From contig NMRA01000159.1 in NCBI GenBank assembly GCA_002633005.1, positions 404,591 through 468,590 on the forward strand: a DNA stretch of 64,000 nt, in the 5' to 3' direction. The notes beneath the pieces were generated by a model. It saw only the letters and a list, made by a program, of their open reading frames with translations. It had not been told where the DNA came from and searched no databases. This document shows positions 13,301 through 24,400 of this stretch, one piece after another. Numbering within the stretch: position 1 is the stretch's first letter; each line of letters opens with the position of its first letter. The stretch comes from Phoronis australis. Lineage: Eukaryota > Animalia > Phoronida. A program made the translations under genes and the position numbers.

Positions 13301-16300
13301 GCACCTGTCAAGTGCAGTCTTCACTTGACTGTGTAATGGATGGAAGGGGCTTTGAACAGCCTTGGCTACAGTAATACCTTGTAGAAGGGATTGTCTGTCT
13401 GCAATGCTGGGAATACCGACAAGGTAACGTAATGCTGTGACTGACGTAGTTCTCGTACATCCAGTGATGACGCGAAGACCAATGTTCTGGAGCCTCTCAA
13501 GTCTGTTGATTTGATTTTTACTGATGTTGATCATGGGGAGAGCGTAGTCGAAGATCGAAGTGACCAGGGCTTTATAAAGCATGACGAGGTGCCTTTCCTC
13601 CGCCTTCCGACCAGCCGCAGCCCTAAGGGCATTGATTCCTCTGTTGGCACGGCTGATCATACTGTTAACTTGAGTTGTGAAGTTGAGCCTGCGGTCAAGT
13701 TCTACACCCAAGTGACGCATGTGGTCAGATGTAGCAATCAACTTCCCATCGTAGGTAGGGCAAGGGAAATCATCAACACTGAGGCGATTGTCCAGAGTAC
13801 AGAAGAGAGCTTCACATTTGTCTCCATTGCAGCTCATTCCGCTGGTAGCACAAAACTCGCATATTTTTATCAATGAAGACTGTGCTTTGTGGAGAATCTC
13901 ATGATGTGTTTGTCCTTGCGATGACAGCAGCATGTCGTCTGCAAAGGTGCGAAGTCGGCAGTCAGCGCGGTTCAGTCTGGCGAGTGGGAGGGTGTAGATA
14001 TTGAACAGCACTGGGGACAGAGGTGAACCTTGGGGTAAGCCTGTGTTGACAGATACCCATTCTGAACGCCATGTACGATGTTTTAGCATGCATCGCCGGC
14101 TGTTGAGGGCACTCATCACCCATCTAATGCATCGTACAGGAATACCGAGATGAAGCATGCCATCCGCAAGTTTTGGAAGTTGAACAGAATTGTACGCATC
14201 TTCTAGATCAAGGCCAACGAGGAGAGTGTTTTCTTTGTTTTCAAAACCTTGCCATATCTCATCCGCAACAGAAGCTGCGTTGGCCCATGAATCTCTACCA
14301 GGTCGATAAGCACCCATTCCTGGGAGGAGCCAGGGTTCAATTAACTTGGTGATTCTTTGCGCCATGATCCTTTCAGGGATTTTTCCAATGACGTTCTGCA
14401 TCACTATGATGCGATATCCCTTGAGTGCACGATGGTCTTTTCCAGGTTTTGGTACAGGAATTAAGAAGGCATCTGTCCAGATGTGAGGGATGATTCCAGT
14501 GGCCAAACTGACGTTGTAGGACTTCACAAGCTTGGCCAGCAGAAAGTCAGGCAAAAACTTGAGTGTCAGGACTCTCACGCCATCGGGGCCAGGGACACCC
14601 TCTTTGCAAGTTTTGATAGCCTCCGCAACCTCTGCTGCAGAGAATTGACTGTCCTGTTCAGCTGTCTTGCAAAGTCCATCTAGTTGCCGAAAGTCATTAA
14701 AATCACAGGTTATTCAGTTTCTTTGACGAAACAGGTTTCAATCTACTTCTGTTGTAAATTTACTCCTTCCTTCAATCCTGTTAAACTCAAGTGGACAGGT
14801 CTTTGACATCACTATGGTTTTTTGTTAGTAACCTACAGTGTACAAGGAGACAATTACGTACACGAGACATTGAGACATACACTTTCCGCTTCATTTTAGT
14901 TAAAAACTTCACGAATTTATATAAACGAACCTGAAGACCAAATTCTCTTTTCACACAACTCCAAATATTTCAAATTTGATTGAATTTAGTAGGAATAAGT
15001 AGTCCGCCGCAATTGATCCATGCATTATGGGTACTCACTCAGCTGTCGCCATCATATATAATGAGGTTCTCATGCAAACGCCGCCCACTTTACAAAATGA
15101 AATATTAATAGTAAAATAACGTAAAAAACAGGGCTGATAGTTAAGCAATATTTATATTCTAGTGATAAATTTCAGCTGATGAAAGTTAACTTGTGTTCAA
15201 ATTGTGAAAGTAGATGAAAGAGGAGTATCTTCAAAGCAACATAATGTCAGCCATTGTCATTTTTTGAGCTTTGAGAACAGCACAAACAACGTTTCACGTC
15301 TAGTTGGACTAGCTTAAGTGGGTCACACTCCGTTCAGAGATCTATGTCACAGTGTAACCGTACACAAGAAATAGAAATAGCTTTTAATTAAACCAGTTAC
15401 CAAGAAGTCTTCAATAATATGATGCTGCCATGTGTCCATCGTTCTAGATCAACTCGAATGGGTTATATGTTGGTGTTAATCCTGCTCAAGTCAACACCAT
15501 GGCTCAGTTTGAAAGCTATGGCGAAGTCACATGTCCCTTACCATCCGCTAGTGATCTCACGATGACCCGCAGTCCAGGGGAGGCGCTGGCGTTCAAGGTG
15601 TCTGTCAGTAACAACGGAGTACTAACGAGCAACGAAGTACTAATGGTCATTCACGACTCTCGGTGCCACACTTGCAACATAACCACTGAACGATGCCAGC
15701 AAACGGTATGTACTGTTAAAAAACCATCGCCAATCGTCATTATTCGAACTTCAGTATTTTGTGGACGGTTTCAAGTCAGTCAGCAGGGTAACCCCGTGCC
15801 TTTTTTGACATAACACATTGCAGAAACCAGTTGTCATTCATTTGAAAACTGAACACTGTGTTTGACCATTTCCTGATGATGATAAAGTACACCAGTCGAA
15901 ACCTAGAACACGCATTTGTCTTACTCTTTGTCATTATTTTATTTTTCTACAAAGACCAACTCCTGCATCATCGACGGAGGATGTTACGTCACAGGAACTA
16001 CGGAACCAACCGACAGCTGCCGAGTCTGTGATCCCATTCGAAGTCAGTCCAGTTGGTCCCCCAGCACTGGTACGTTTGTTTGAATACACGCAGTCTATCA
16101 TCTTAATGGCCTGTGTACATTGCAAAGTACAACAAGAAACCTGTGAACACGCTGGTCTTCCCTCATAGCAGCTTTGCTCAGCTAGACCTCAAGTCAAACA
16201 TATAACCTGGCTATTTTCGATTTGAAAACTCATAGATTCTCTTCAGTTGGCCACGATTGACAATTCAGCGTATTTTTAAAAAATTGCTTATAATTAAAGA

Positions 16301-19300
16301 CACATTACCGAAATGTATTTTGGGCTATTGTTGTTCAATGCATAGACTTTTTGAATTTATTAGCTTTGATAAGAGCTATAAAACGATAAAATTTGTTGTT
16401 TTTTGTGATTTTACAACAAATCACCAATTCCAGCCGTTGTCTGCCAGTCAGTCTCTGAAATCATAAAGGCGGGTGACTGTACTATTACTGTACATTTAAA
16501 AATGGCGCTTAAAATACTCTGCTATGTAACGAGTGAGGTTTAACTCCTCCAGCAGAGCGTCTGACAGCGACCTAAAAAATTCCACGCTCTATACCGCGTT
16601 GGCCGGGGCGCTCTGGTCGATAGTGTCACTTTAATAAGGAAGATGTAACAAGGTTGACTGATTTTCCATTACTTTATTAGGATACCTTCTTTGACAAGTA
16701 AGCAATTTTTAATGACCCTTTCAGCATTAAACATAGACCCATAAAACTATACATTTTTAAAATCCTTTACAATCGCAGAATCAGTCTGTTTATCTCAAAC
16801 ATTTCTAAATCTGCTCAACACGCCACCTGTGGCCATATCATCTTCGCTTGTAATACATGTACATGGCAATATCGTGCGAAGTCTTGGGAATTTTGGTTTT
16901 CTCGCATGAAACTATGTCTACGTAACGTGCGTCTGATAATGACGACAAAAACCTCGTGTGATCACGTGCTTCACCAGTAACGGATAACTAAACCTTGAGT
17001 AGACTTGCTCCTGATATCGCCGTAACAGCTTTAATCATTTCAGATGCCTCATGCCTTCCAACGACACCTTCGACAACGGCGACTTGTAAGTACTTAGTAA
17101 AAAGATGGCAGAAGGTAAACGTAAACAACTTGCTTGGAATCACAGGTGAAATAACGTTTCACAAATTAACAACGATGAAGTATAGTCGGAATACCTATCG
17201 TCGTCAGGCTCCAATGGTCGTCCGCCATCTTCTTTCGCGTGCAGCGCAGCCACGAGGGACTTAGAGTGCTCGTCTGGTACTAACCTCTCGGGAGAAACAC
17301 GCACGGAAGAACTGAGACGAAAATCGGTGCATTTACCGACTGTTTTTTGAGACCACTTAAAAACTTGTAGATTTTACTAATGCATTTTTTTGTTCATTTT
17401 CAGAAGATATTTTCGAAATTAAATTTTCTTCAGACGGAACAAAAACCAACTCATATATTGTTTATGCAATGTATCTATTTGTCCCAGGCACCAACCGACA
17501 CCTGTTAGGCCAAAGGAAAAACGCAGCAGACAAATGCAACATGCTAGGTGCTTAACAGTTTCGGCTCACGCATTCGTCATCAAAATATTGTCCACTTGTT
17601 TTTTATTGCAAAACACAGTACTGAGCTCAACATTTATGTTGAAATTTTTGGTACAGGCATTTTGGATTTATTTGAAGAAAATTAAAATACTTGAATTGAT
17701 AGAGAGTTGTCACCAATAAAGTAAAACATTGACTTTATTTCACTATACTGCATTGTTACATACAACGCAACATGACATAATTAAAAATAAAAGAAGAGAT
17801 TGAGCAATAAAATTCAAATGCAACTTGGGTATTTATTTATTTATTTATTTAATTATGATTGCAGAAGCCTGTTAAAGGTGAGAAAAATCAAACAATATGA
17901 TATTGGGTAATTTATTAGAACAACTGCATCGAGGCTCAATGAACAACTTCTGCCGACCAAGTCTCAAAGGGTTACAGTTCTGTTTTGGCTGACAAGATGT
18001 TAACAGAGAATGAAGAAAAATTGAAAAGAAAAAGAAAGACAGCATAGATAAGTGGTATTAAGAACAACAAGAACAAAAAGTCAAATAAAGAGGTCACAAA
18101 TAGAAAATAAGTAAGGTCTATCTGGAATAAAACAATTACGATTTATTTTCCAGAACTGAATTTCTGAATGAATTTTCATCGAATTAAAAATCGATATCAT
18201 ACCAGTAAAATAGTTTGTGGTTGAACTAGAATTGTTGTAAACTACTTTCCACTATTTTCTTGGCCTTTTTCTGTGTGGTTTTCTGTTCTTCCAAAAGGCG
18301 GCAGCATATGACGACCATAGGAGTCATTATAAAATGGCTGCCGAAAAGCAATGCACAGTTCAAACACCTCGGCATAAATAAAAGAAAACTTTTGAGTCAA
18401 CGAATACTACATATTTGTGACAGTTAAATCAAATCCTATTCAGAGCATAACTTTGAAGTGGAATAACTGGGCGAGTACGACAACAAGCCGGTTTCATGCT
18501 TAGGCGGACGACCATTGGGTACCCGAGTATACTTCGTGTTTCGCTCAAGTGTAGTACTAGCATCAAACACACTGTCGTCACGAGAATGAAGTGGTGACAA
18601 TTGCCGAATTTTTCTACAAGCGCCTCATTGCATGAGCTTGCATCTAACACCAACAAGGTAAACTGTTGTTTCCAGTTCAAAAGCCTGACTGCTGCTAATC
18701 CAGACATCCATTTTCGGCCAAAATTTGAAATAACAAATCTGCACTCTCGTCAGTTACTCGGTGTCTAATGAAAAAATGTACTGATCATATACTACAGTAA
18801 ATCCACCACCAAGTGGTTTATTAACAGTATGACAGTATCCGGTGGACATTCATTCTGTAAAGAATTGTACTTTGTCGCCCGATTGCCTAGTTTTATTAAT
18901 CAGTTTAAAATCGCTTGCCCTGACTTTGGCCGTGGAACTCGGGATCTCTGATCTGCCATACTAGACTTTACCGAAGAATGGTAGGTCGTGCAGGTAACAG
19001 CACTCCGTGGGTAATTTGTTAACGGAGCGCACGTGCATAAGGGGGTTGTTTAGCGAAAACTTCTGTCAAGAGCTATGAAAACATGCAAGCACCCAGCCTA
19101 AAAATGGAGGGCTCGAATTTTTGAGAATGTAGACCTTTTACTAAAGAAATAATAACGAGGTACGCTCGAGCCCCCCCCCCCCCGAACATGGAAATTCCTT
19201 GAGCGATATTATATTTTGAGTCCAGCCCATAGCTTGAGGGTTTCGTCACTGACCCATACTCCCTGCCTCTTTGCAAACTAATCTTGTAGCCCGAATACCT

Positions 19301-19548
19301 CATGAACAACACTCAAGTTGATAATATCTTCTTATTCAGCCGTGCCACTATGGTGTTCCCAGGGGCCCAACAGCTCGCGTTACATCATCGTACCGGGCAC
19401 CAACTGCCACCAATTCATACAGGAGATAATAGACGCACCGGACCAGACGCATAGTTGTCCGTTGGCAGCCAACGGGGAACAGCTTCAGTTCAACACGTTG
19501 ACCTGCACTTGCGATTGGCCGAGCACCACAACGTGTGCGAGACCTTAG
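1298..19548 (+). CDS. VWDE-like secreted protein (VWD + EGF + C-terminal chitin-binding type-2-like domain), 5'-partial, 17 exons, about 940 aa
   Basis: Phase-consistent GT-AG exon chain: 1298-1351, 2615-2889, 3344-3430, 4497-4766, 5320-5412, 5851-5933, 6109-6172, 7093-7320, 7823-8061, 9575-9866, 10675-10827, 11404-11590, 11920-12101, 15448-15705, 15955-16069, 17044-17085, 19340-19548 (TAG). Motifs: VWD CRSTNDPHMTTFDG, CNCAVGI, EGLCSSFD, FSESWR; EGF CYNECSGNGICDKGECSCHQGYAAPDC; CIIDGGCY..CRVCDP..W module. AATAAA at 19691. The N-terminus lies upstream of the window. Confidence 0.88.
2615..2889 (+). CDS. VWDE-like exon (APVELPIDP...HFGKL)
   Basis: acag acceptor, gtaagt donor, open frame. Confidence 0.85.
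3344..3430 (+). CDS. VWDE-like exon (LTCRMRS...FLGIK)
   Basis: ttttccag acceptor, gtaacg donor, phase 0 at both ends. Confidence 0.85.
4497..4766 (+). CDS. VWDE-like exon (ILNYGST...DNKKET)
   Basis: tttcag acceptor, gtaggt donor. Confidence 0.82.
5320..5412 (+). CDS. VWDE-like exon (IAQALRR...WNNYSLPEIE)
   Basis: tttccag acceptor, gtaggc donor. Confidence 0.85.
5851..5933 (+). CDS. VWDE-like exon, start of VWD (CRSTNDPHMTTFDG)
   Basis: tttag acceptor, gtaagt donor; VWD N-terminal motif. Confidence 0.9.
6109..6172 (+). CDS. VWDE-like exon (SYEHHLEGYFVLYRHKTYPFE)
   Basis: tttacag acceptor, gtagtg donor; VWD G.F.LY motif. Confidence 0.88.
7093..7320 (+). CDS. VWDE-like exon (VHAHYKPC...CNCAVGI...GGKKYR)
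   Basis: ctag acceptor, gtaaga donor. Confidence 0.9.
7823..8061 (+). CDS. VWDE-like exon (VQLPTG...EGLCSSFD...FSESWR)
   Basis: cctag acceptor, gtacga donor; VWD C-terminal motifs. Confidence 0.9.
8330..9220. mobile_element. Non-autonomous DNA transposon (CAGTGGCAGATCTAG...CTAAATCCGCCTATG termini) with 5-bp TSD
   Basis: Imperfect TIRs; catta at 8325-8329 and 9221-9225; the 3' ~100 bp recurs at 33039-33150. Confidence 0.75.
9575..9866 (+). CDS. VWDE-like exon (INETESLL...YCTC...NARRRR...KNK)
   Basis: ctatag acceptor, gtaagg donor. Confidence 0.87.
10675..10827 (+). CDS. VWDE-like exon (KRNRR...EEALRYC...IESCALDLV)
   Basis: ttag acceptor, gtaagt donor; A..YC and C..D motifs typical of the VWDE region after the VWD. 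Confidence 0.87.
11404..11590 (+). CDS. VWDE-like exon (ATGDTQWA...CYNECSGNGICDK)
   Basis: tgcag acceptor, gtaggc donor; first half of the EGF domain. Confidence 0.9.
11920..12101 (+). CDS. VWDE-like exon (ECSCHQGYAAPDCS...LTCHIKEVG)
   Basis: tttgcag acceptor, gtaagc donor; second half of the EGF domain. Confidence 0.9.
12314..14682 (-). mobile_element. 5'-truncated non-LTR retrotransposon with RT + RNase H (I-group, e.g. Ingi/Nimb/I-like)
   Basis: 9-bp TSD gttgccgaa at 12305-12313 and 14683-14691; (ACAGGTATT)x3 tail; uninterrupted ORF; no APE domain (truncated); lies antisense in a VWDE-like intron. Confidence 0.92.
12350..14680 (-). CDS. Retrotransposon polyprotein fragment: reverse transcriptase + RNase H (about 776 aa open frame)
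   Basis: RT motifs PGPDG, IPVPKPGKD..YR.I, DLEDAYN, GLPQGSPLSPVLFNIY, FADD, HLGV; RNase H motifs ATDGS, E..AI, ATDS, VPGHAG..NERAD. The frame stays open upstream of the annotated GTG to the truncation point. Confidence 0.93.
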   Translation of the reverse strand, partial: DGLCKTAEQDSQFSAAEVAEAIKTCKEGVPGPDGVRVLTLKFLPDFLLAKLVKSYNVSLATGIIPHIWTDAFLIPVPKPGKDHRALKGYRIIVMQNVIGKIPERIMAQRITKLIEPWLLPGMGAYRPGRDSWANAASVADEIWQGFENKENTLLVGLDLEDAYNSVQLPKLADGMLHLGIPVRCIRWVMSALNSRRCMLKHRTWRSEWVSVNTGLPQGSPLSPVLFNIYTLPLARLNRADCRLRTFADDMLLSSQGQTHHEILHKAQSSLIKICEFCATSGMSCNGDKCEALFCTLDNRLSVDDFPCPTYDGKLIATSDHMRHLGVELDRRLNFTTQVNSMISRANRGINALRAAAGRKAEERHLVMLYKALVTSIFDYALPMINISKNQINRLERLQNIGLRVITGCTRTTSVTALRYLVGIPSIADRQSLLQGITVAKAVQSPFHPLHSQVKTALDRCVNSVPATETYGLRPRPFRNASHQRLSRCSWTVAAVNATMGLIGEHMIAQVAAWLPVQELGEEPNVIIAFNREAREWPPGVAQALCRQQWRDLGGINAIIVATDGSFDGETNRAGWGYQIRCANNVIAEGSGCHHISTSSTRMEFEAIQRALTKLSLLDLENHTIIFATDSMAVLMKVQSGNLPANWGVFRSRHPHHVVIWSFVPGHAGVLINERADYLAGSCTTNQPLYLYSADVKLLARKRNHEQTASQLAEFNDGSRLLEAGIIYGHAAKSHKKGRARVLSNQMLTGNVSPGVLRLLLSRGWSGEGINAPAYPQ
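15448..15705 (+). CDS. VWDE-like exon (INSNG...VTCPLP...VSVSNNG...DSRCHTC)
   Basis: ttctag acceptor, gtatgt donor. Confidence 0.88.
15955..16069 (+). CDS. VWDE-like exon (TNSCIIDGGCY...CRVCDP...WSPST)
   Basis: Pyrimidine-rich acceptor ending aaag, gtacgt donor. Confidence 0.88.
17044..17085 (+). CDS. VWDE-like linker exon (DASCLPTTPSTTAT)
   Basis: tttcag acceptor, gtaagt donor; phase 1 at both ends. Confidence 0.8.
19340..19548 (+). CDS. VWDE-like last exon, chitin-binding type-2 (CBM14)-like domain
   Basis: WC...TNCHQFIQ...SCP...QFNTLTCTCDWPSTTTC; stop followed by AATAAA at 19691. Confidence 0.8.
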
Positions 19549-21409
19549 GACAGGCGGGAATTGAGTTATTTTGGCAAACTGTGCCGTAGTAAATTTACAT
19601 ATAATTTGCCATTAGAACCAAGATGATGACATGCCGTCGTATTGTTGTGAGCAATATCAAGTTTAAAATTGCCATGTAATATAACATTGTAATAAATTTA
19701 GGTTGATTGTGTCTAGAAACAACGAATTTCATTGGTGGGTAAATTCTGACCAACAGTGTCTAATTGTAGAAGTACATGTATTTTTCCGCATTCTGTAATA
19801 CGACAAGTCGGACGCTGGCCACAACATACCAAGTGACTGGATGCTTTTTCTTTATAGGCTTCATGTGATATATTGAACTGTGTTGAAGTCAACAGCCAAC
19901 CTGTGATCAATTTCTCGTGGATTAACCAAACTTTTCTTCTCAAAATAAATCTCTTCTATTGTTCTCGTGAATCAATATTGGCCGTTATGTACATGTAAGG
20001 CAAGATAATTTTCCAGATTTTCATGAGATGTATCCACATCATTTTCACTGCTTTGCCACAGGAATATATCTTTTAATGCCAGATTTTGCTAAAAGACAAC
20101 GTGTTTCTGTCAATAGACGTACCATCTCTATAGATAGAGATCAGTAAATCTATCCATAGAGATGCATGTATAACAACATTTTTGATATGTTGAGTCGTCG
20201 AACTCGAAGTATGCGCGCCTTTCTTTAAATGATTCAATTTCCAAAAAAATCCAGACAGAAACAAAACCTATATGCCCGTGCGTGCTTAGTGAAAGTTTAT
20301 TTAAATCTTGGTCTATATCTGTGGACTTTTATACCACTATGGAAGAACGCTATCTTTAGAATGGCGGTCAAATACGAAAGGCTGATTTACTGAGTGCAGC
20401 TTTACGGTTTCGAAAACCTGATTTTCGTCCGAAATATTGAGAGTTCGTGTGTTTATTTTTAAATTTAAATTTTAGCTGAGCATCATGAATTTGAAATGTT
20501 TAGCAACATTTTGCAATGGAAGTCTCGAAAGTGCTTAAAACCACCAGCTACATATCAAAAACACCAAAAAAATCCCACCAGTCAATCAGCTGTCAAATGC
20601 ACTTGTATTAGGACACCTACATGTACAAACACCATCTGACGATATCTTAATATAGCCACTCTGCAATGTGTTAAGTTTGAAAATTGTCAGCTATGGTTGA
20701 TTGTTTTCCAATGTTTTATGGTACAATAAACAATTGTTGAAGTATGCATTTTATAAATTAATGTTCAATGATGCTAACAATGTAGTGACTTTTCAAAGCA
20801 AGGTAAATTGTCCTTTTAAACACTTCATGAGTAGTCCTGTTGATGAGACTTCCTTTTTGCTCATTAGACAAAATGCAGTTAATGAAACGGGTAATTCAAA
20901 TACGTAAACGAGGCCTCCAGCATTTCAACATAGTAATTTGTTTACAAATAAAACGATTATCAAAGAAAATCTCAATCTTGGCGCTGTGCTTATTAATGAA
21001 GTTGGTATTAAACCCGCATTCCATTGCAAAAACAACTTTTGATTAACACCATTGAGTTTAAGGTCTCGAATTATCCCTTAGTCAAACCGGAAGTGATTCC
21101 AGGGCTTCAAAAATGACTGCTCCTTATCTCTACAAGTTGCCAAGTTTTTATGTGAATTCACATACATGTACATGTATCAAATGGTATACAACGCGAATGG
21201 TTGATACAACTTTCCGTTAGAGATTGATCACCAATCGTAATAATTTATAAGATCTCATTTATCATCAGAGCGTGATATGACTTCACATCAACTTAAATGG
21301 CGGTGTACGTTACCCAGTAAAAAAGCCTCAGGCAAACTCCGTGTAGCCCTGGCGCCCTCTATCAACCGAGTATTAACGTCCAGAAATTGCGCCATTTTGT
21401 CAACTGCCA

Positions 21410-21457
21410 ATGGTGAAGATGGGTTGTGTGTCGGCATTGCTATTTTTCGTCCTTGTG
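21410..21457 (+). CDS. Orphan gene exon 1, signal peptide MVKMGCVSALLFFVLV
   Basis: ATG, hydrophobic core, gtaagt donor. Confidence 0.75.
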
Positions 21458-24400
21458 GTAAGTTAAACGACTTGCAAAAGGACATCATACAGAAAATTCT
21501 TGCGAAAACTCGTGATAGTTTGGCCTCAAAATCTTTTCATTTTCACGTTTTACCTCAAACTTAGTTAATTCTATAGATGCTTCACTTAACTTGATGATGG
21601 CAAGCAGTTTTGTGAAAATGCATTTGCAGCAAGTAGGTCCGAGATTCGTTCTATTGTAGTCTCATGATAGTTGCAAACCTGTACCATGCGCTTTTTAAAG
21701 GCATTTTAGTAAAATTTTTTAGTTTTTTAGACTACACCAATTTAAGCGTTTAGCCGGTCTATGTTGCGCCCAACAAATGCCTGCGATGAGTCGTTACTCC
21801 GTTTCGCCTCTCAAACTACCATGAGCACGTGGGCTATAGCCTACCAGCTTTTGACCGTACGATTAACAGAAATAAAACGACATAACTTTTCACGAGAAAA
21901 TTCATATTTGGATATACATACATGCATATACATAAATACATTGTCAGACGTTTCCCTGAACTTCAGTGAAGCACCAATCAAATTGCAGTGCAAAGTGTAT
22001 ATGTAATAAAGTTACAGCAGCGCAGTTACACCTGTGACTTAGGGTATGTTGTGTTGTTCTTACCAAGTTAGACAGATTATGTTGTGTTGCTAGCTGTTGA
22101 ACCTTTCACGTGTTGTATCAAATCTGGACTATGTACGTTCGTTGCGCCACGTTGTCATTGCGTTTGCTGACTCGTTACTTTGTTGTTCTTTGCCACAAGG
22201 GTTATCCGTGTACTATGTGCATTGACACATCTGTGTCATTCTCGGACATAACTTGGAGATCGATTGTAGTCCACTCAGTGTGATCCTACCAGAAACTTAC
22301 TGAACAGGAAACGTTCAACGTTTTGAAGAGCTGATGCCAAAAGTACACTTCATCGCTGAAGGATTACTTTACTTCCTTCAGGCACTGAGGAGGGCGCTAC
22401 TTACGTACTTGAAGAAATAATGATCTGCACCTGCTCTCCGGGGTTTTACCGATCCGAGGTCTACCAGCTCATTCGGTTTGCTGCTAGGCAAAATGTTCCT
22501 GGTTGGAGGTGATTGCTTGGTCAGAATGCCAGTTTATAAGAATGACACAGATTGTTAAAAACCTAACCACAGGAAACAACGTTTGACAATTTATCAGACT
22601 ACATGTACGTACATTACAGATTCCAGCCGACGGGAATCCACATTCATCAGTGACATAACTGAAATCAAACTGCTCTCCGAGAACCTGTACAAGCTGGTGA
22701 GATTTGAAAATTGGCAACTTATTCTCTGTGAGTTGCAGTTTCTCGATGCCTTCATTGGAAAATGCCCCTTCGCCATGTAGCCGCAATAGACTCTGCCCGG
22801 CTTGCCACAACTGGTCAGGCAAAATGTGGGTCTGAGTTGCCAGTGCGTTATTAAGCGGCCAACAATGCCAGCCCCCTCCGTTCTGTGAGCTCCGATGCAT
22901 CAATGAGGCCCCTTACACCACTGTCTTCACCCACTCCACGTCACCGTCAATTCTCAAGAAGCTGGCTCTGCCTTTTATGCCAGACTGATGTCAGTGAGGT
23001 CCAGCGTTGCTTCACACACCGTATCTGAGTGCAGTCTTCTTCGGACACAGGCGCAAGGTTTTGCGCTTTCTCGCAGTTTAATAGCGACGTTGATATCTGA
23101 CCGAACTCCGCATTCCATCGGAATATTATAGCACATTCCATAAACTGTATGGGTGATTCTCAAGCTTCGACGCTGGATGCCTCAAGTGCTGCCTACGCCC
23201 GGCATACCAAAACGCAGTTACAGGTTCCACAAAGGGTTTCGTGCTCGCCGCAATCTTGTCAGGTTTGCCAACTAACACAATTTGACCCACCTGTTTGTTT
23301 CCTTCCACGTCAGCCAAGCTCCTAATTGGACCTAGCGATGACCCACCATAGAAGTACAGTTACACGAGGTGCGCATAATTTCTCTTTGCAAAACGTCTCG
23401 ATGATGATTTACTCGCAGGTTACCCATTCCTCGCAACTAATGACATCATTGCGCCACAACTGCGGAACAAAAATGCTACCCGGTTTACAACTGCAACAAG
23501 TGGTTGTAGTTCGCCGTGTCCAGTCACAGCCAACTGTTCAACTGTAAGGGAATTTTATTCCGCGCACACCCTTGAGCATATACGACCCTGTTTGGACTGA
23601 AGAACCCAGGTACAACATTCGCTGCACCAGGGTCGTCACTCACTGTACGTGGCCACCCGTGCCGTAACCAAGTCATCGTCTGTGTTTGACATTCAGGTCA
23701 AGCTGACCCGTCTACGATTAACTTTGCGAACGCCACACCATCTAATCAGTCGACTCCCCTTCACCGTGTAATTCTGCAGTCGTTTCAAGCCTGGGGAACA
23801 ATGACAAACACAAAAAACTTTTGTGTTTCATGGTTCTCTATTATCCTCCAGTATCATTTATCATTACATTGTTTCAAGAACATGGACGAGTAATTAAGAA
23901 AACAAAAAATGGTAATTTAAAAAATGACTCTTTCAGGTTCATTGCCGCGGTCGGCCGCTTAGTGACATCCCGGAAGTTGAAGCCATCGTGAACTTCGAGG
24001 GAGAGCACGTGCATGGGCCCCTGTTCTTTTACACAGGGACAAATGTTTTTAAAGGAAACGTACTGATAACCGGAAACAATTGTAAACCGGAACTAACGAC
24101 TACGTGCAGGTTGGGAGAAATTGACTTGGCTTTGATGGTATAATTAAACTGAAAATATGGCAATTCTGCATTGCTTAAACTGCACCAAATCACATTCATA
24201 AATGCCTAAAAGAAATCTGTCAAAATTCACTCAGTTTTATGCCTGAGGTAAATTACAACAAATAATTTGTAATGACAATCTTGATATTCCAAGAGACACC
24301 CGGACTGTTATATAATAAATTTGACTTCTTCAATGTTGGGACTGCTGTGAATAATCCGTCAAATCTCGGTCATTTGTTGTCTTATGTGAATAGACCTAAT

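Noticed and set aside
12857-13876. Plus-strand ORFs of 159 and 121 aa
   Set aside because: Antisense shadows of the retrotransposon ORF
15872-15903. ctgatga...cgaaac as a hammerhead ribozyme (a similar ctgatgag is at about 39845)
   Set aside because: No convincing helix II or flanking helices; the second site lacks a properly placed GAAA
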